Assembly (NCBI GenBank): GCA_003427395.1
Contig: BFEA01000002.1
Location: 3,161,292-3,225,291 of the forward strand
From: Chara braunii
Taxonomy: Eukaryota > Plantae > Charophyceae
DNA: 64,000 nucleotides
Reading direction: 5' to 3'
Shown here piece after piece: positions 51,044 to 62,900 of the stretch. Position 1 is the first letter of the stretch, and the number at the start of each line of letters is the position of its first letter. The translations under genes and the position numbers were made by a program. The notes below the pieces were generated by a model. The model was not told the DNA's origin. It worked only from the letters and a program-made list of their open reading frames with translations, and did no database searches.

Positions 51044-51264
51044 ATGCTTTTTCTTTTTCCCTTTTTTTTTTTAGTTGCAACTTGCAACTGTATTGGACGA
51101 CTTGGTCTTTTTATTATTATGATTTTTTTAAACGATTTCGGTGATTTGTGGCAGCAGCAGCATCAGCAGCAGCTCGGGATTTTTTTTTTTTTTTTAACGT
51201 TCTCGGTGATTTGTGGCAGCAGCAGCATCAGCAGCAGCTCTGCTGAGTTCGTTGAGTGCTGCCG

Positions 51265-52884
51265 ATGGCGTCAACGGCTAAGTGTGGAGCGCCGCAGGCC
51301 AAGATCTCGGCGGCGGCGTATGTCCACGTGTTGGACGGAAATGCAGACAGTGTGGAATTCTGTCCTATTGAAAGTTACGAGCACGTGCTGGCAGCTGGCA
51401 CGTACACTCTAATTACAGAAACACATAAAGAAGGAGAAGATGGTGATGAATCTGATGATGATGGTGGTGATGGTGGTGATGCCGGCAAGTCAAGGCGAGA
51501 GGGCAATCTGTATCTGTATGGTGTGAGCGAGAAGAAGAAGCATCTAGACGACGGCTATGGCCATGGGAGAGAAGAAGAGGAAGATGGTGGTCAATCAGCG
51601 GACATAAACACTACATCTCACAAGATTTTGGTGAAGAAGCAATATGTTCAATCGACCTCTGGAATATTCGATCTGAAATGGGCGCCGACTAAAATCGCCG
51701 GGCGGCCGTGCTTGGCCCAAGCGAGCGCCGATGGCTCTGTCTCGTTTTACCGACTAATTAGTGATGACGTGGATAGCTTCAGACTCTCTGAAACCGCCAA
51801 AGTCATCTGCTCCTCTTCTGGTGCCATGTGTCTGTCGCTTGATTGGAATCATCTCCGTGGATATGGGGTTGATAGGTCAGACGTGTGCGGCGATGGCGGC
51901 GGCGGAAGCGGCGCGGAGGGGGAGGAGGAGGAGGAGGAGGAGGAGGAGGAGGAGGAGCTGGGATCGGGAGCGGGATCCCGCCGACACCACCGCCTGCCTA
52001 TCCCACGGAATGATCCTACTGCTGCTGCTGTCTGTGATCGGGATCGGGATGACCTGGATATTGCCGTTAGCCTATCCAACGGATCGATCTCGATCGTCCA
52101 CGTGGGTCCGTCTGATGCCCGCGTTGATCTGACCTGGTCTGCCCATCTGCTTGAGGTCTGGACTGTGGCCTTCGACACGTGGCGGCCTTGGACGCTGTAC
52201 TCGGGGGCCGACGATTGCGCCTTCAAAGGATGGGATCTCAGGTGCCGCACCGGTCCCGACCGTCCGATCTTTAAGGATGTGAAATCGCACATGATGGGCG
52301 TGTGCTCCATCCAGAGCAGCCCATTTCGCGAGCACGTGATTTGCACGGGGAGTTATGACGAAAAGGTGAGGTTGTGGGACCTGAGAATGGTCGGGAGACC
52401 GACGCTGGTTCACTCGGTCCCGACAGGAGGCGGCGTGTGGAGGGTGAAATGGCACCCTTGGGACCCCGATCGCATCCTCTGCGCGCTGATGCACAATGGA
52501 TTTGCCATTCTCGATGTGAAAGGGAAGGGGGAGGGGGAGACGGAGGGGGAGGGGGAGGGGGAACTGAAGAACTGCCACGTGGAAATTGCCGAGACCTACA
52601 TGGCACATGAGTCTCTCGGCTATGGTGCAGATTGGAGCCGCAGTCGATGTGTAAATCTTGCTGGCATTGGCTCGAGAGCTTCTTCCAAGAAGAAGGGTGC
52701 TGGTGATGTCCACGTCAGCAAGGAGATGATGCGAAGCGATAGTGACCTGCGTAATGATGACCTGGAGATTGAAGAGGATGGAGAGAGATCATCATCGACG
52801 TCTTCGTTGATTGCCACGTGTTCGTTCTACGATCGACAATTGCACGTATGGAAGTCGGCTGCTGGTGAAGGCAGTGGCAATTGA
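51265..52884 (+). CDS. DPH7: Diphthine methyl ester hydrolase DPH7/WDR85-like WD40 protein (diphthamide biosynthesis), single exon
   Basis: Motifs LDGNADSVEFCP, LAAGTY, GIFDLKW, CLSLDWN, YSGADDC, TGSYDE, GGGVWRVKWHP, MHNGF, HESLGYGADW, ATCSFYDR; ATG at 51265 preferred over GTG at 51256. Confidence 0.92.
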   Translation: MASTAKCGAPQAKISAAAYVHVLDGNADSVEFCPIESYEHVLAAGTYTLITETHKEGEDGDESDDDGGDGGDAGKSRREGNLYLYGVSEKKKHLDDGYGHGREEEEDGGQSADINTTSHKILVKKQYVQSTSGIFDLKWAPTKIAGRPCLAQASADGSVSFYRLISDDVDSFRLSETAKVICSSSGAMCLSLDWNHLRGYGVDRSDVCGDGGGGSGAEGEEEEEEEEEEEELGSGAGSRRHHRLPIPRNDPTAAAVCDRDRDDLDIAVSLSNGSISIVHVGPSDARVDLTWSAHLLEVWTVAFDTWRPWTLYSGADDCAFKGWDLRCRTGPDRPIFKDVKSHMMGVCSIQSSPFREHVICTGSYDEKVRLWDLRMVGRPTLVHSVPTGGGVWRVKWHPWDPDRILCALMHNGFAILDVKGKGEGETEGEGEGELKNCHVEIAETYMAHESLGYGADWSRSRCVNLAGIGSRASSKKKGAGDVHVSKEMMRSDSDLRNDDLEIEEDGERSSSTSSLIATCSFYDRQLHVWKSAAGEGSGN

Positions 52885-52989
52885 TCATCCGATTCGTTCG
52901 TTGAAGGTAATAATGGGGATTGCGATGATGATGATGATGATGATGAGGAGGAGGAGGAGGACGACGAGGATCGTGGTGGTGATTATGAT

Positions 52990-53020
<31 letters not shown>

Positions 53021-53276
53021 GGTATCACAATTGCCTACCTTTCCTCGCGTTCGTCTGCCTTCTCTCTTCTGTGTCTTCGTTGTTTTCGTTGTGTCCTTCC
53101 TTTATTTCATTTTTTAATCAGCCAGCGATGGCTGAATCCTCGCCACGTGGCTCTTTCGCGACAGCTGTGGATGCCGGCCACAGTTTTCGGCAACGGAGGT
53201 TAATATTCGTCTTTCCTGGAAAATGTAATACATCTGATCTGGAAAATAAAATATAATCTGATCTGAAATTTCATAA

Positions 53277-53340
53277 GTCCCTTCGGGACATCAGTTAAAA
53301 TTGGAACGATACACAAAAGATTAGCATGGTCCAAATTTGT
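53277..53340 (+). pseudogene. U6: U6 snRNA-derived copy with internal deletion, followed by an A-rich tract
   Basis: gtcccttcgggacatcagttaaaattggaacgatacacaaaagattagcatgg joined directly to the U6 3' end tccaaattt. Confidence 0.88.
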
Positions 53341-53343
53341 TGG

Positions 53344-53825
53344 AAAAAAAAGAAAAAAAAAGAAAAAAAAAGAAAAAAAAAGAAGGAAATTTCACAAGGG
53401 GCGCTGGGCCCGTTCCCAGCACGTGCTGCTCCACACGAATAGGTTGGAGCCAAAAAAAAATGGAAAAAAGTTCAAAAAGGTTCAAAAAACGAGAAAAAAA
53501 GGGGGAAACAACGGGAAAAAAACGGAATAAAAGATTCGAAAGTGAAAAAAACGAAAAAAAAAAAAAACCAAAAAAACCTAAAAACAAGAAACGAAACAAA
53601 AAATCAAAAAAACGAAAAAAAGGAAAAGAAAGGAAAACCAAAACATGTAAAAGGGGAAAAAAACGAAAAAAAGGAAGGTAAGGGAAAACGAAAACATGTA
53701 AAAGGGAAAAAAACGAAAAAAAAGTGCAAAAAAAAACCGGAAAGAAACGAAAAAAACGAAAAAAACGAAACGAAATAAAAAAACTAAAAAAAGGAAAAAA
53801 AGGAAAAGAAGGGAAAACGAAAAGA
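53344..53825. repeat. A-rich low-complexity tract
   Basis: Seen directly. Confidence 0.9.
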
Positions 53826-54000
53826 TGTAAACATAAGAGGACTATCTGATTTTGTCAGGCTCCTTGTCAGAGATCTTAGTATCTCATCTTGTCAGACGAA
53901 AGTGGATAGAGGCCAGGAAAGGTCATCATGTGTGTAGGAAACCTACATGATGAGTACCCGATCTGGTCAGACATTTTGCTATGATCACATCTTGTCAGAC

Positions 54001-54109
54001 TACCGTCTTCACCCGAATAGAACGGCCGGTCATTATAGCCGTATTTGGCACAACTTGCAGCCCAGATACGGCGATAATTACAGGGCGTTCTATTCGGGTG
54101 AAGACGGTA
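54001..54109. mobile_element. 109-bp palindromic MITE with TA ends (Tc1/mariner-type)
   Basis: taccgtcttcacccgaatagaacg...cgttctattcgggtgaagacggta. Confidence 0.9.
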
Positions 54110-54317
54110 GTTGTCAGACTACTTGTCAGATTCTGTTACGCCCCAACCTCCTGCCTCTGTTTCCCACCTACATTATCAGACTCTGCAGCACGCTGAACAG
54201 AGACGAACAACGTCCGGCAGATTAGCGATTAGCTTTCTTATGTCAGTTTTCGTCGGCGACTAAAGGAGGTATAGTGCATGCCCCATACAATGTCATGCGT
54301 CTGGCAATTCTATACAC

Positions 54318-54720
54318 ACTGAAGTTCCATACGACGGTGTGGTATATAAACCGAAGTCCCATTCTATGAACTGAAGTCCCATACAAAATCTCACTCTCCA
54401 GACCGAAGTTCCATACTAAGGTATAGTCTATAAACTGAAGTCCCATTCTGAGAACTGAAAGTCCCATATGAACTTCGATTCTATAGACTGGGGTCCCATT
54501 CTATACCGAAATCTCATACGAAGTCCTATTCTATGGACTGAAGTCCCATACGAAGCTCTATCCTATAGACTGAAGTCCCATTCCGACTGAAGTCCCATTC
54601 TATGGATTGAAGTCCCACTCTATAGAGGGGGAAGTCCCGTACGATGTCCCATAGCAAGTCTCATTCTATACACTGAAGTGCCACCGAGCTATTTTAGTAA
54701 ACGACTGATGTCCCATACCA
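54318..54720. repeat. Degenerate minisatellite (ctgaagtcccat)
   Basis: Seen directly. Confidence 0.85.
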
Positions 54721-55867
54721 AGGAAATGAGAGATCATCATTGATGACAAATGCAATTGGAAAGAGATTTCAGAGAGTTAATTCCACTGAGTACGCACACT
54801 TGGGGGCAGAAGCTGGCTACTGTAGATGGCAACTGTGACCACATACAATGGTCCGCGGGGATGTTTATCATGTCTACTCTACTCTCAGTTAATCGGTTAG
54901 CAAATCAACAGCGAGCTGTAGGCATGCGAGGTGCTCATTCACGCATTTTCAGTGTAGAGATTGTCTGCCTGCCTGCAGTCAGGCAGCAATTCCAAGGTGA
55001 GGGGACCTCTTAGGATCCCTTTTTGTAAGAGGGTAGCCCCGATAACATTATTTGTATCCCTCTGATTTGGTGAGGATTCGAACTCGTTATCTGTAATACC
55101 AACAGTTTGCATATGTGTACCTTTCAAATCAGAGGGATACAATAATTGATCTTAACAGTTGGAGGGTTTTAACAACAATGCATATTAGAAAATGGAACTA
55201 TTTCATGGAAAAAGAAGAAAAAGAAAGAAGTAAAAAAAAAACAAAAAACAATAATGCATATTGGCTGGGTGACACGTAAGGATCGATCCCAAGTCTGCCA
55301 ACGGTTGATAATCGGGGGATCAGCCGACAGTGCGAAGATTGGGCCATAGTACTGATGACGGACATCACAAAAAGTCCTCTTATGGAGAGCACAACTGGAG
55401 GGTTTTGTGTTTTGTATCCCCAATTGTTTTCACAGGGGGATATTATCCAGGTCGTTGCTGCCCGTGCGTGGAAGCCTCTGGCAGGCAGGGAAGATTTAAG
55501 TGTACCGTCGCTCACTCACCAGGACCTCTCTGAGACCTGTATGTGAGGATACTCAAATATCCTCACATACAGCAGTACCTTTCCCGGCTTGAGAATCAAT
55601 TCCGTGCCGGGTTACACGGAAGTCGAGCGGGATCTGGCCGCCGTTTATAAATTTGTTAGGCGGCCCGTTTTTTCCGTTTGGGGACTTTTTTTTTTCTGCC
55701 CGCAGCCGGTATATGGAGGAAAGGTACGCTGGTGGTTTTACCCTTGGAAGCTGAAACGAACACGAGCGAATAGGCCTTCTGTGGATTTGTGTCCTCCTAC
55801 CCTGTTCGCCCATCCTCCTTTTTTTTTTTTTTTTTTTTTTTTCGGGGGCCATGCCCATCAAACCTTT

Positions 55868-55998
55868 ATATTTTTCGGTTTTTTGGCTAAAAATAGATCA
55901 TTGACAAGTGTAGTATCTGTTCTGAACTACTGATCAGTTTTAATATCTGATCCGCTGTACATGGGACCCAATGATATTGGGGGAAAAAAAAGAAAAAA
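55868..55998 (+). pseudogene. U2: U2 snRNA 5' fragment with small insertions and A-rich tail
   Basis: ttttggctaa(aaata)gat(cattga)caagtgtagtatctgttctga...tcagttttaatatctgat. Confidence 0.85.
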
Positions 55999-56235
55999 GG
56001 AAACGTACATCTGAAACTTGCAGGCTTACACATTTGCAGAAACCAGCTGGGGAAATGATGACACCTTGGTACCTCCCATCCCATGGATGGTTCCTATTAA
56101 TTTTTGAATCAGTTTTTCAATTTACGGCCTGTATGTTCTTTCAAACTCCCCCATTGCATACCTGCCGTGTGGCAAATGGACCGTGCCTTCAAATCCTGAT
56201 GGATACGATAGTAATCTTTGGGGTCACACCTTTAA

Positions 56236-56385
56236 ACCACCAGTACTTGGCCCAGCTATCGGCGGCGGAAAAAAATAGAGTAGAAACGTTTCTAGTTGGA
56301 TGAATTTGGGCGCTCCTGTAGTGGCCCGTACGTTTCCTAAAGTCGCATAGCGTTAACGGGCACGACTTTAGGAAGTACTGGTGGT
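56236..56385. mobile_element. 150-bp TTAA-flanked MITE
   Basis: ttaa-accaccagtactt...aagtactggtggt-ttaa. Confidence 0.88.
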
Positions 56386-56478
56386 TTAACGAAAAATTAA
56401 AATAGAATCCCCCATCGTTGACAAGCCCAATCAAATCAGAAGGGATGTTCCAAGGTCTCACTCTTAATTATTGAGCTG

Positions 56479-56745
56479 TCAAGACCAATTACAAGTCGAG
56501 TCTTAGCTTCTATCCACACTTTCCAATCTGTCCTTTTTGGGTGAGAGCATTTGCTCACAAGACCAATTACAAGCCAAGTCTCAGCTTCTCTACCCACACT
56601 TTTTTCGTCTCCAACTTCTCAAATCTGTGCGTTTGGCTGGGGGCATTTGCTGACAAGGCCAATTACAAGTCGAGTCTCACAGCTTCTGTCCACATTTGCT
56701 GACAAGGCCAATTACAAGTTGAGTCTCTCAGCTTCTGTCCACATT
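56479..56745. repeat. Four ~40-bp repeats with uneven spacing
   Basis: caagRccaattacaagtcgagtctcagcttct at about 56479, 56558, 56654 and 56703. Confidence 0.85.
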
Positions 56746-57869
56746 CTTTTCATCTCCGACTTCCCGAATCTGTGCTTTTTGGCTGGGTTTGTTCTGCTGG
56801 CAAAGGACAGTGTCGCTTTGTGTTTGTGTGTTTGGTTTTGTCAGAGCGCAATTTCAATTTCGTTCGTCAACTCACTTTGTGATGTACTTATGGAGCTGGC
56901 AGCTTGAATTCATTTTCTGAATCTTTCTTTTCTCATATCCAGATTTTCTGAATCTTTTTTTTTTTTTTTTTTTTTTTAAGATCTCATATCCAGATTTTCT
57001 GAATCTTTTTTTTCTCATATCCAGCTGGCCAAGTGTAATTGAGTGGGTGCAAGTGCTGCAATGCTTTGGCAGTGGACAACCAGCTTGTTGTGTGATTGGT
57101 CCTTTGAAGTTTTGCATTATTGAATTTGATTCATCATTTTTCACTTTCTGATGTTGTTCTGATCAGTGGGTCTTGATTGCTTGCTTCTTTTCCATGTTCC
57201 AGCATGCCATGGAATTGGAGGATGGAACGGAATTGCAAACAGCGGCGTCTAGTGTCTTGTGGTCGATTGACGACGTTGAGCCAAAAAAGACTTGGGCGTT
57301 GTGAGAAATGTCAAGAGGAAAATGGAATCCATGAGGTACGATACGATAGATAACCCCCTCTGCTTCCGGATGAACATAACACGGAAGTTTATCATCATTT
57401 TCAAAACCTGCCTCCAATGACTCTCGCATCTGCACAACCCTCTGAATTGGCCAGTGTAGACCTCAAAGGTTGATTTTCCAGCTTCACTCATAAGTGCGCG
57501 CAAGTTCCTCGGTGATTCTTGCATGGATGGTACCTGTCTGGGTAATGTCAAAACAGGAAAACCAAAAAGAACGAGCGAAATGCGACAAGCCCAAGTCCTC
57601 CCCTCAGTTCTATCAGCTGGTCGCAAGCTCCGCCCAGGCAAGCGGGGTAAACCGAGCAACAATAAAGAAGTACTCAGGCAGCCTCTGTTCTGCAAACAGT
57701 AGATAATAATGAGGGTGGCCTCTCGTGGTCACTGACTTCTGACGGTCACAGATGGCTATCATTTGGGTAGAGAAGGGAGTCTGGAGGGTACATCGCATGC
57801 GATCCAATGATATGAAGGACTGGGCACCAGAACAGATTATGCGAACCCCCTAAACAGGATGCCATCTCC

Positions 57870-58760
57870 TATCTGAGAAACTTGCGGCCATGCAGCAAAG
57901 CATCCCTCAGTCCTGGACTGAACCGTGGAAAGAAGACTAGACACGGCAATTGTAGGGAGGGGGGGGGGGAAGGGGGGAGTAACTGGGGGATTATGATTTC
58001 GCAGCCCGACCCGCTCGGAGTCGACAACCGGAGAAAAGGGTTTAGGGCTGCGAAGTTCATCTCCTTACCCACCTCCACTTAGAATAGACCTGATCTGGAT
58101 ATTTGTAACCCGAACCTGCAAATAGAGGTCCTCGACTCTTTCTTACTCAGGAATGTGCATGTGTCCACTCTCAGACCCTGGATGGTCTTCAACCCTAATA
58201 GAAGCATCGCTGAACTCGGATTTGACCCAAAATAATGGCTATGGTCTTAGAAGTCTCTCAAGAAGACCCTACCCCTATCCAATTCCAATGTCAAATCCGG
58301 GTACGATTTAGCACTTATGACTATTGACCCCAACACCAACGTCAACAAGAGTGGAAAATAATTTTGAGTCTGGCTCCTACCTCTGATTTTACTATTCCAT
58401 GGGCAAGAAACATACCAGACGATCAGGTTGAGGGTTCAAATCCCTTTTTCCGCTCGTCAGCGTCCTTTGAACAAAACAAAATTGGATGGTTAGACAGGAC
58501 CTCAGTTTCCGGGGAAAAACTTCTAGAATCAATTGAAAACCTACTAAAATCCGAATCCTGCAATGGCTGATCACCTATGCTGCTCCACCGGTCAATCAAT
58601 CAATCCATGAGAAAATGAGACCCTCAGACCCCAACAGCACTGATATCTGCACGATGTGCACAACTGACACCTCTGAGGACGTACGCCCACTGCTTGCTGA
58701 GGTCAAGGATTTATGGGTTATCCTCTTTTTCTCCCCCCATCCCACCTCCTCCTTGATGAC
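57870..58760 (+). mobile_element. Probable LINE ORF1 remnant
   Basis: Broken frames with LRPW...W and a CTMC knuckle-like motif. Confidence 0.35.
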
Positions 58761-59002
58761 TGTCCTCTTTTCTGTAAGATTCCCTAGTTCCTTGAACGGG
58801 TGTAAGAAGAATTGGTTCCTAGCCCTGAACACCCTGGTTGGATGGGGCCCGAACTTCGGCCTGAACCCCTGAACGTTCGTGGGGGGGAGTCCAACCCCCC
58901 CCTGAACGTTTGGCTGGGTAACACTTTATATATCGTCAAACAGAGCTGCCCGGTAAACCGTAGGCAGAGAGGGAGAAGAGGACAACAAACGAGGGGCTGT
59001 GA

Positions 59003-59060
59003 CAAACTGTTTCGTCGGAGTTTCACCGACTCGTCAGGAGGCTGAACCCTCAACAGTCTG
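59003..59060 (-). ncRNA. Type III hammerhead ribozyme motif
   Basis: Reverse strand cagactGTT-gagg(gttcag)cctc-CTGACGA-gtcgg(tgaaact)ccgac-GAAA-cagtttg; all three stems and the core are present; family tail extends to ~58945. Confidence 0.85.
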
Positions 59061-60449
59061 CAGAATCCCCTAACCGATTACATTGTAAGTGATAATCCAA
59101 CCTCGGCTATGGTTAAGCATCAACAACTGCGCGACAACTGATACCCTGAGGCGGGCACCAACCACTGCCCTCAAGGTACCTGTGACGAAAATCAAAGCAG
59201 AGTCAGCAGACTATATATTTATGTTTTTATGCAGGACTGCCCGGTAAACTGTAGGCAGAGAGGGAGAGTGCAATAACTCAGCTCAAATATGCATCAGCCG
59301 TGGGCTGTAGGTCGTCACTTTGGTCAAAGGCCCGAAAAGGTGGGTCAAAGGTTCCGCCCAAAGTCGTGAAAAGGCCTGAACAAAGGCCTACCGCTAAGGG
59401 GAACCCCAGGCCAGGCCAAGCAGGCCTTCAGAGGCCCAGCGCGAGACAGTTGACCTTGCGGAAAGTCAACGATCAACCTCAGCTCGGGATTCAGGCCCAC
59501 GAGTCAAAGTTAACCTGATCCCAGCCTCGGCCACAGATCAGATACGCCTCTTGTTGATTGTAGGTATCCGGAAGAGACCAATCCCAAGTGGGTTACATCG
59601 GTTGCCGCAACTGCACGGGATCCAGGCCATTGGCTGATGGGCGATCTGGGCCATCGTATACGAGAGACCGGAGGCTGGTCAACGCACGTCAACGCTATAA
59701 GTTGACCCAGCCCCTGATGGACAATATTCAGTCTTGCACATGCGGCTTGACGCTGGCTAGACACTGGCTTGATGCTGGCTTGATGCTGCCTCGACGCTGG
59801 TGTGATGATGCAGGACTGCCAGAGCTTTATGCTGGCGCTATTCTCTGTCTACGGCACCAGCTGTGCACTTGACTATTGCTGACATGGCTGCGGTGCCATA
59901 CTGATTCTGACATTGATGGAATAGGCGAGGAGGAGGAGTGATCATGGCTGTGAGATTGGTTCGATAGAGGAGGGGAAGCTTACCTGTTGATTGTGTCAAC
60001 ATTGTTCTTTATTGTTAGTCTTCGGAGGAAGAGTCTGCACCATCCTCGGTGACCACTGCTGACGTGGCTGGAGGATAGGCGCCATGCCGTAACCTGCTTA
60101 TTGCCAAAGATTGCCAGGGAGGAACTGTTGCTAACATGGCGAGTTGGGAGATACGCCCGAGGAGGAAGTGGGCAGCGAGTGTTATCTGCTCAACGGATGA
60201 TGGTGGAAACTCTCTCTCTTAAAGTGGGCAGCGAGTGTTATCTGCTCAACGATGATGGTGGAAACTCTCTCTCGTACCCTCTTTAAATCTCATCTCCCTC
60301 TCTCCTCTCCTTCTTTCTGAGCACTTGACAGTGGGATGCCACGTGGACAATGAGTGTGGGTCTCACAAACGATTTTGGAGACATTGATTCTGCGCCAAGA
60401 CCTTTTGTAGTTCGACGAGCTTCTCATTTGACTGGGTTCATTGCAGAGA

Positions 60450-60504
60450 GCAGGACAACAAACGAGGGGCTGTGACAGACTGTTTTGTCGGAGTTTCACC
60501 GACT
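60450..60504 (-). repeat. Hammerhead-repeat family fragment, core lost
   Basis: aggacaacaaacgaggggctgtgacagactgttttgtcggagtttcaccgact. Confidence 0.8.
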
Positions 60505-60547
60505 AAGGTTCTGAATCAGATCCCGTATATAAAGAACAGAAGGTTCC

Positions 60548-60656
60548 TACCGTTTTTACCCGAATACAACGTACGGTCATTATTGCTGAATCTAGACTCG
60601 AAGTTGCCCCAAATACAGCTATAATGACCGTACGTTGTATTCGGGTGAAGACGGTA
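60548..60656. mobile_element. 109-bp palindromic MITE with TA ends
   Basis: taccgtttttacccgaatacaacgtacggtcattat...ataatgaccgtacgttgtattcgggtgaagacggta. Confidence 0.9.
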
Positions 60657-60659
60657 CTA

Positions 60660-60980
60660 CTTGGGAAGTTGACCCTATAAACTATCTGGAAGAGAAGATG
60701 TGCTCAGACTATCGATAAAGAGGTGACGGCAGTGGAGGAAGCATGGTCTTCTCTTATGTTATTCAAAATGCCAGAAGCACAAATCTGGTGCAGGTGGGAC
60801 TCCATCAAGCTCACAGCAGAGCTTGAATTAGAAAATTTCAAGACCAAGAAGAGGGCTTTCTTGACGAGGACCTGGCTGTTGAGGGGCGGGATTGCACATA
60901 TTGCTAAGGACACCCTGAGATGGAGGAATTGATTGGTTGCAGGGCGGCTGCCCCCCAGTGGCGACTCTGGGAGACAAGAT
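60660..60980 (+). mobile_element. LINE ORF2 C-terminal remnant
   Basis: IWKRRC...FLTRTWL resembles L1-clade ORF2 ends. Confidence 0.4.
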
Positions 60981-62579
60981 CACACATCCTGACAATTCTG
61001 TAGGCAAAGGTCCAGCGAGGGTTCGGCACTCACGACACTTTGACAGTCTCAGCACATGCTGCGATTGGGATAGAACTTAAAATAAGCATAGGCCATCTTA
61101 CAGTTAATCCTCGTTTAAAGAACAATCAATGCCAGTCGGGGGCTCTTTGCCGTAGACGGAAGGAAGCATCGCGTGGGCCATTTCATGTACGTTTCGCCAT
61201 TTTCTCATCTTGCTGGTGGACTGACACCGAACTGACACTCCCCAACATGTACAAGGAGCCAGGACCCTAATGACCTCTTCTTCTTTTTCTTTTTTCAATC
61301 ATCTCAGGGAGGGACGGATTCCTTTTCCTTTCTTGCAGAGGGGAGTTGTTGGGAGGCTTTTAAACACCAAGTATCCATAGGTCTTTTGCAATTACCTCAG
61401 AGAATGATCCTGTGCTATAGGCTTCAGGCCCAGTGCCCAAGGGGGGGGAAAAAAACGACAAAAACCAGGTTTCTCACCTTCTTGGAAAATTATCACCCAC
61501 CCATCCAATCCTGTCACTCCATTCGTTCCTATTATGTCACTAGAGTCTCCCTACCCTGTGGGCGAAGATGGGAGCTGGTCGGCAACAGTTTGCCAATGTG
61601 CTGATCATGGACACGATCACGCTGCACAGACGCCCATATATGCTTTTTGCATGAATGTGCTTTTGTGCATGATAGACTGTCTTTGCAGAAGCTGTCTTTG
61701 AGAGAGGATGAGATTTTAGAGATTACGAGAATCTGGCGATTGGGAAAATCCTAAATAGGAATCAGATAAGATAATATGGTGAAAGTGTTGCATTTTTTTG
61801 TCTGGTTGCTTGGGAACTGAGCTCATTTCCATTTTCCGATTGCAGTTTTCGCAGACACTACTTGTACCTAAAGGTCCTGAACGTACTGGGACTCCTTTTT
61901 GCGGAACATTCAGGGCTGGGGTTTGCAGAGAGTAATTGCAGTCTGGAAAGTACTGGTGTGTATGTACGTGTCAAGGACCGGACCGCTGCGAGCGACATCG
62001 GAAATCATTTCCTGGACAGAGAAATGGCATTGCATGCCTGTCCTTTGCCGGCGATTGCACTGGACAGCCTATGCCAGCGTTACTGGCAGGCCTCTGCTAT
62101 GGCAGAGGCTTCCAGGTCAGCATGAGGTCTGTGAGTTGTGGCAGACAACCCAGAGCCCCTTTGTTTGCCGGGAGTTGCAGGATGGTAATGCTGGTAAGTC
62201 GTTCGTTCTGCTCGATGGGCAGTTATTGCAGTTATTTGTTTTTCTCTTTCTGTCAGATTTTGAGAGTCTCTTTTTTTTCATGCAGTCTTTTCAGTCAACT
62301 GATCGATCGAAGGTGAAGCTCAATAGCCTTGCGATTGGGAGTTATATTTTTTGAACACCTCCTAATAATCAGTTCTGTCAACCTCTTTGGCGTAATGATG
62401 CTGTTTTCTTGCCACACCAAACTGTCCGGAATCTTTTTTATGCCGAAGATCATTCCTCTGGCCCTGTGCTGCACCAGGCCAATGTACCAACACTCTGCGA
62501 CCTTCTCCTTTGCACAGCTACAGGCACTGTTACACTTGGCTGTACCCGCCATCGTCTCTGTCACAATCACTAGAATGAC

Positions 62580-62900
62580 ATGGTTTCTGCATCAATGTGC
62601 GTAGAGAACTGTCCCTCCGTTCCAGATTGCAGGCACCCTCCGCATCCGGACAGTATATGTCTATTTTGCGGCCGTGGGTGCTATACCGAATGCATGGTCT
62701 TTTGTGGTGAGCGTTCTTCCTTCATTTTCGCCTGCAATCGACATGCCATTTGTTGGGAGTGTATGGTGGGCATGATGCTCAATGCCGGCCGTTGCGGCAA
62801 TTGTCGTGCTGAGAATGCTCAGCTGGGTCTTCCGTGTGCCCATCCACCTCATCCTTGTAATGTGTGGCCTCTCTGTTGTCAAGGGCAGACTCATTCTTGA
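62580..62900 (+). CDS. RING-finger-like exon or remnant
   Basis: CMVFC-x9-CNRH-x2-CWEC-x10-CGNC; gene structure not resolved. Confidence 0.4.
   Translation: MVSASMCVENCPSVPDCRHPPHPDSICLFCGRGCYTECMVFCGERSSFIFACNRHAICWECMVGMMLNAGRCGNCRAENAQLGLPCAHPPHPCNVWPLCCQGQTHS

Noticed and set aside
53321-53778. Lys-rich and Phe-rich ORFs
   Set aside because: Translation of an A-rich low-complexity tract
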